Positions 63,170 to 64,000 of a stretch of DNA of 64,000 bases are shown here, piece by piece. Position numbers and translations under genes: made by a program. A model generated the notes under the pieces. That model was given only the letters and a program-made list of their open reading frames with translations. It did not search any database and was not told where the DNA came from. Positions within the stretch are counted from its first letter, which is position 1; the number at the start of each line of letters is the position of its first letter. Source of the stretch: Sedimentisphaerales bacterium. Its GTDB lineage: Bacteria > Planctomycetota > Phycisphaerae > Sedimentisphaerales > SM23-30. The DNA lies in the NCBI GenBank assembly GCA_963663965.2, contig CAXXFK010000020.1:160001-224000 (forward strand), given 5' to 3'.

Positions 63170-63205
63170 GGGGTACCTCTAAAACAAACACTTTTAGAGG
63201 GCCCC
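63170..63205. repeat. Imperfect palindrome resembling paired IS/MITE ends
   Basis: GGGGTACCTCTAAAA-CAAACAC-TTTTAGAGGGCCCC. Confidence 0.5.
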
Positions 63206-63252
63206 TGATTTTTTAAGTTATAACTGACTTGAATCATTCTGGAGAGCCCAAA

Positions 63253-63474
63253 ATGACCGAACATCCAAACAAAAACAACCCCGTCACTCTCGGCTGCGGC
63301 ACCCTCATCCTGATCGGCCTGATCGTGCTCATCTTCGGCAACAACGGCACCCAGGAATTAGACCGCAAAATCGACCAGCTCAACAAAGATGTCCAGGAAC
63401 TCAAAACCCTCAACCAGCAACAGAACGAAGAACTCCGGCAGCTCAAAAATATGGTCGAAACCCTGATCAATTAG
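63253..63474 (+). CDS. Small single-TM coiled-coil protein
   Basis: GGAG RBS, ATG 63253; LGCGTLILIGLIVLIFG TM helix then heptad repeats. Confidence 0.75.
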   Translation: MTEHPNKNNPVTLGCGTLILIGLIVLIFGNNGTQELDRKIDQLNKDVQELKTLNQQQNEELRQLKNMVETLIN

Positions 63475-63803
63475 TTTGCCGGATGTATTTCATTGAGGGC
63501 AATTAAATCCGTAAAGCTGGCATCAGCTTATGAATGAAACTCACTCGCCGTCAGATTTAGGTTCCAGTCACAATTGTTAGTGTAATCTCACAAAAATTAT
63601 TATCCGAATATCACAACGTTTCTGATTTTTATTTTCCTCTTCGCTTTTCCCAAATAGTCGGTATTTAATCTATAATTAAATGGTCTGATGAAAACTATTA
63701 AATTTCTGGCTAAACTTTGGCCACCAAGTGTTCAGGTTCCATTTAAATTGATTTTCATGAATCATAGTAATAATAACGTCTATACGCTTTTGGAGGATTC
63801 CCA

Positions 63804-64000
63804 ATGAAACACAATAAAGAAATGCTTCATTCAGTTTGTCTGCCGGCCCTGGTGATTATCCTGGTTGTAACAGGGGTTTTATGCTCTCCTTGCCAGGCTG
63901 GCCTGACCGATATTCCCACACCCGCACCCTCCTGGTGGGGCACTACCGAGGGCCAGACCGCTTCAATGTATGCCGATCTGACCGATGAATCCGGTTCACT
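63804..64000 (+). CDS. Secreted hypothetical protein, 5' part (runs off the window end)
   Basis: GGAGG RBS, ATG 63804: MKHNKEMLHSVCLPALVIILVVTGVLCSPCQAGLTDIPTPAPSWWG..., open to the end. Confidence 0.7.
   Translation, partial: MKHNKEMLHSVCLPALVIILVVTGVLCSPCQAGLTDIPTPAPSWWGTTEGQTASMYADLTDESGS

Noticed and set aside
1..64000. tRNA, rRNA or tmRNA genes
   Set aside because: No cloverleaf with a T-loop and acceptor stem, nor rRNA-like sequence, was seen in any intergenic gap.

Overview
Bacterial chromosome segment, most likely Planctomycetota (Phycisphaerae/Sedimentisphaerales-like). This is inferred from a DUF1559 prepilin-like gene, C-terminal dockerin-like repeats, a PEP-CTERM protein and many secreted glycoside hydrolases. 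Housekeeping genes (thrS-infC, proS, mutM, a four-gene 2-oxoacid:ferredoxin oxidoreductase) are interleaved with carbohydrate enzymes (GH5, GH106, GH43-like, two GH127/146, a CBM/GH-A protein), two ECF sigma/anti-sigma pairs, likely defence genes (Hhe-like DUF4011 helicase-nuclease, Schlafen/AlbA_2-ATPase), an orphan Rhs toxin-immunity pair, and a complete IS4 element that splits a Sel1-repeat gene. Most unusual: (1) an ECF sigma factor next to a zinc anti-sigma domain fused to a thioester alpha-2-macroglobulin whose bait region is an AT-rich, two-TM, pilin-like cassette bordered by a G9 tract; (2) a RAYT-type HUH transposase bracketed by 29-bp inverted repeats, with a third solo copy upstream of the defence helicase; (3) a ~105-bp structured intergenic repeat in three copies carrying a TAA(G/C)-N17-(C/G)TTA dyad that recurs across intergenic regions; (4) patchy, strong C-over-G bias on the + strand. 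No rRNA, tRNA or CRISPR array was seen. All family calls come from motif recognition by eye; no searches were run.
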